Source: Felis catus (Eukaryota). From it: a stretch of DNA of 64,000 bases. The stretch spans positions 73,906,001 to 73,970,000 of the forward strand of contig NC_058368.1 in NCBI RefSeq assembly GCF_018350175.1, written 5' to 3'. How positions within the stretch are numbered: position 1 is the first letter of the stretch; each line of letters opens with the position of its first letter. Shown piece after piece: positions 61,803 to 64,000 of this stretch. The notes below the pieces were generated by a model that ran no database searches, had not been told where the DNA came from, and worked only from the letters and a program-made list of their open reading frames with translations. A program made the position numbers and the translations under genes.

Positions 61803-62024
61803 GGGGCACCTGGGTGGCTCAGTCGGTTAAGCGGCCGACTTCGGCTCAGGTCATGATCTCAAAATTCGTGGGTTCGAGCCCCGCGTCGGGCTCTTTGCTG
61901 ACAGCTCAGAGCCTGGAGCCTGCTTCGGATTCTGTGTTTCCCTCTGTCTTTGCCCCTCCCCCATTCGCGCTCTGTCTCCCTCTATCTCAAAAATAAGTAA
62001 ACATTAAAACAAAAAATTAAAAAA
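61803..62024 (+). mobile_element. Can-SINE (young SINEC_Fc-type)
   Basis: TSD aaaaaaggcc(c/t)gataat at 61786-61802 and 62025-62041. Confidence 0.97.
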
Positions 62025-62299
62025 AAAAAAGGCCTGATAATTCAAACTGGAGGCAGCTCCTTCAGCGGAGACTGCAAATCTGCCATTAGAAGGACCGCTC
62101 TTTCCCCCAGGTCAGCTATTTTGGTGGTACTAATAATTGGGAGAAAATCCAAGGCCCCAGTGAGCTGAGACACTTCAGCCACATGGCCATTAACTATTCA
62201 GGTCCTGTGCACTCCAGCGAGGATGGGAGTCACTGTCTGGGTCCAGTGACAGCAGCAGGGCCCAATCCGTGTCCATTCTCCCAGGGTGTGTTCCCTCCC

Positions 62300-63300
62300 C
62301 CATCCTCAGCACTAGGCACGGGCATCTCGTCCTCCTTTTTGGAACTCATCCTTCACTTGGCTTCCAGGAACACATACCCTCCTCGTTTTCCTCCCCCAAT
62401 TCCACCTCTCTTTCCCTGGTTCCTCTGCTGAGGCTTCCGGATCTTTCTTATCTCTGACTGTGGGTGTGTCTGAGAATTCAGCTCTCGGGTCTCTCCTCAC
62501 CACATACACTCATCCTTCTGGTGAGCTCATTCTGTCCCGTGGACTGAAGCGATCCAGATGGCAAAGGGGCCCTGATTTTCTGTCCAGACCGGGATTTTCT
62601 GGCTCGTATAACTAACTATTGACCAAGAGCACTTATCTAACAGTGGAGCTTTGGGCCTTACCCCCCCTCCTCACCCTATGTCCTCCTTCCAGTTGCTCAG
62701 GCCAGAAACTGGGTGTCCTCTACAGGAACTCCTTTTTTTGCATCTCCCTGCCTAATCAGTCAGCAAATCCTTTGAATTCGGCCTTAGCAGAACTCCAAAC
62801 AGAACGTCCATATTCTAACTCCTTTAAAATTTGTATTGCTTGGCCTCGGTCTGCACTGGCCTTATCCCTAGATGGGATTATGACAACAGCCCTCTAACTG
62901 GTCCCGCTTCTTTAGCACTTACTTCTAAAAGTCTACCTTGAACATGCTGCCAGAGCGATCTTATTTAAAAACACAAGTCCCACCGTGACAATCATCTGCT
63001 CAAAACCCTCTGATGGCTTCCACGTGTCTCCTGGCGAAAACCCAAGTGCTCACAAACTCTGACAAAGCCAAAAAGAACCCTGTGGTACATCTCTGATCTC
63101 ACGGCTTTTAACTCTTCCCTTTGCTTCTTCTGGCAAAGCCATAGTGGCCTCTTTGCTTTTCTTAAATAAACCAAGCCTGCTGCTGCCTCATGGACTGTAT
63201 CTCTGCTTTTGTATCATTTGGAGCCACCAAAACCTTCAGGTTTTTCCTCCAAGTTACCTTCCCATTGTTCGCCTTCCTCAGTAGCTTCTATAAAATTGGA
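62300..63300 (+). mobile_element. L2 LINE fragment
   Basis: cacttggcttccaggaacac...ctggtgagctcattctgtcccgtgg...acagcctctaactgg...gccagagcgatctt...ctgctcaaaaccctctgatggcttc. Confidence 0.75.
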
Positions 63301-63333
63301 ACATAAAATTCTGTAGTTAATATTAATTAATTT

Positions 63334-63355
63334 TTAAAAATGTTTACTTATTTTT

Positions 63356-63386
<31 letters not shown>

Positions 63387-63544
63387 CAAGTGGGGGAAGG
63401 GCAGACAGAGAGGGGGACAGATGATGCGAAGCAGGCTCTGCGCTGACAGCAGAGAACCCCATGTGGTGCTTGAACTCACAAACCACGAGATCATGACCTG
63501 AGCTGAAGTCTGATCCTTAACCGACTAAGCCACCCAGGTGCTCC
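63334..63544 (-). mobile_element. Can-SINE
   Basis: 17-bp TSD ttaatatt(a/g)attaattt at 63317-63333 and 63545-63561. Confidence 0.96.
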
Positions 63545-64000
63545 TTAATATTGATTAATTTATTCATGTGTTTGTCTTGTTATCTTAGAAAGAATCCTCT
63601 GTGAGCCTGTTGTCCCATTAAAAAAAAAAAAAAAAAGAATACTACTGGTGTTCACATTAGTTGATTAATTTGCGGATTTGATTTTGAAATGAATTAAAGC
63701 ACTTAGCATGATCCAAGGTACCTAAGGAGATCTTCAACAGTGTCCATGATGATTCCGCTGGTCGTAGAAGGTTATGGTAGGTTCTATGGTAGCTATTTAG
63801 TTGCTCTTATAGAAACCCCTGTCTGCCAGGAAATATCAGGCATGTCCTCCACGCACAGGGAGCTAACAGGAGAAATATAGGTAGATACATATGCATTTCT
63901 AATATAAAGTAGCTGAAAGTATTCGTGAAATTTAGGTGGGTAGTTATAGAATTTTCCCGGGCCTTTTTAGTCAAAAGACTAACTGTAGTTAAAACCCATT

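Overview
64 kb of non-coding mammalian DNA, almost certainly from a cat-family (felid) genome. The basis is 22 tRNA-derived Can-SINE copies of the SINEC_Fc type and carnivore L1 3' ends. I found no protein-coding host gene, RNA gene or CRISPR array. The only recognisable protein fragment is an L1 ORF2 C-terminus (20650-21030, minus); the other track ORFs are SINE/LTR read-throughs or chance-length frames. The window is an intronic or intergenic mosaic of Can-SINEs (most with visible target-site duplications), L1, L2, CR1/L3, MIR, MaLR/ERVL solo LTRs and hAT DNA transposons, with repeat-poor, motif-rich stretches that look regulatory. The most distinctive structures are: a fold-back 40-bp inverted duplication whose loop is the inverted terminus of an MLT1 LTR (10764-10893); a scrambled templated-duplication scar next to a G-quadruplex motif (44654-44838); a head-to-head SINE pair 84 bp apart; a SINE replacing part of a MER20; a recursive-splice-like AG|GTAAG site; and a near-consensus CTCF site. 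I do not see evidence of a new multi-gene system. Repeat subfamily names come from recalled consensus sequences and need RepeatMasker/Dfam confirmation.
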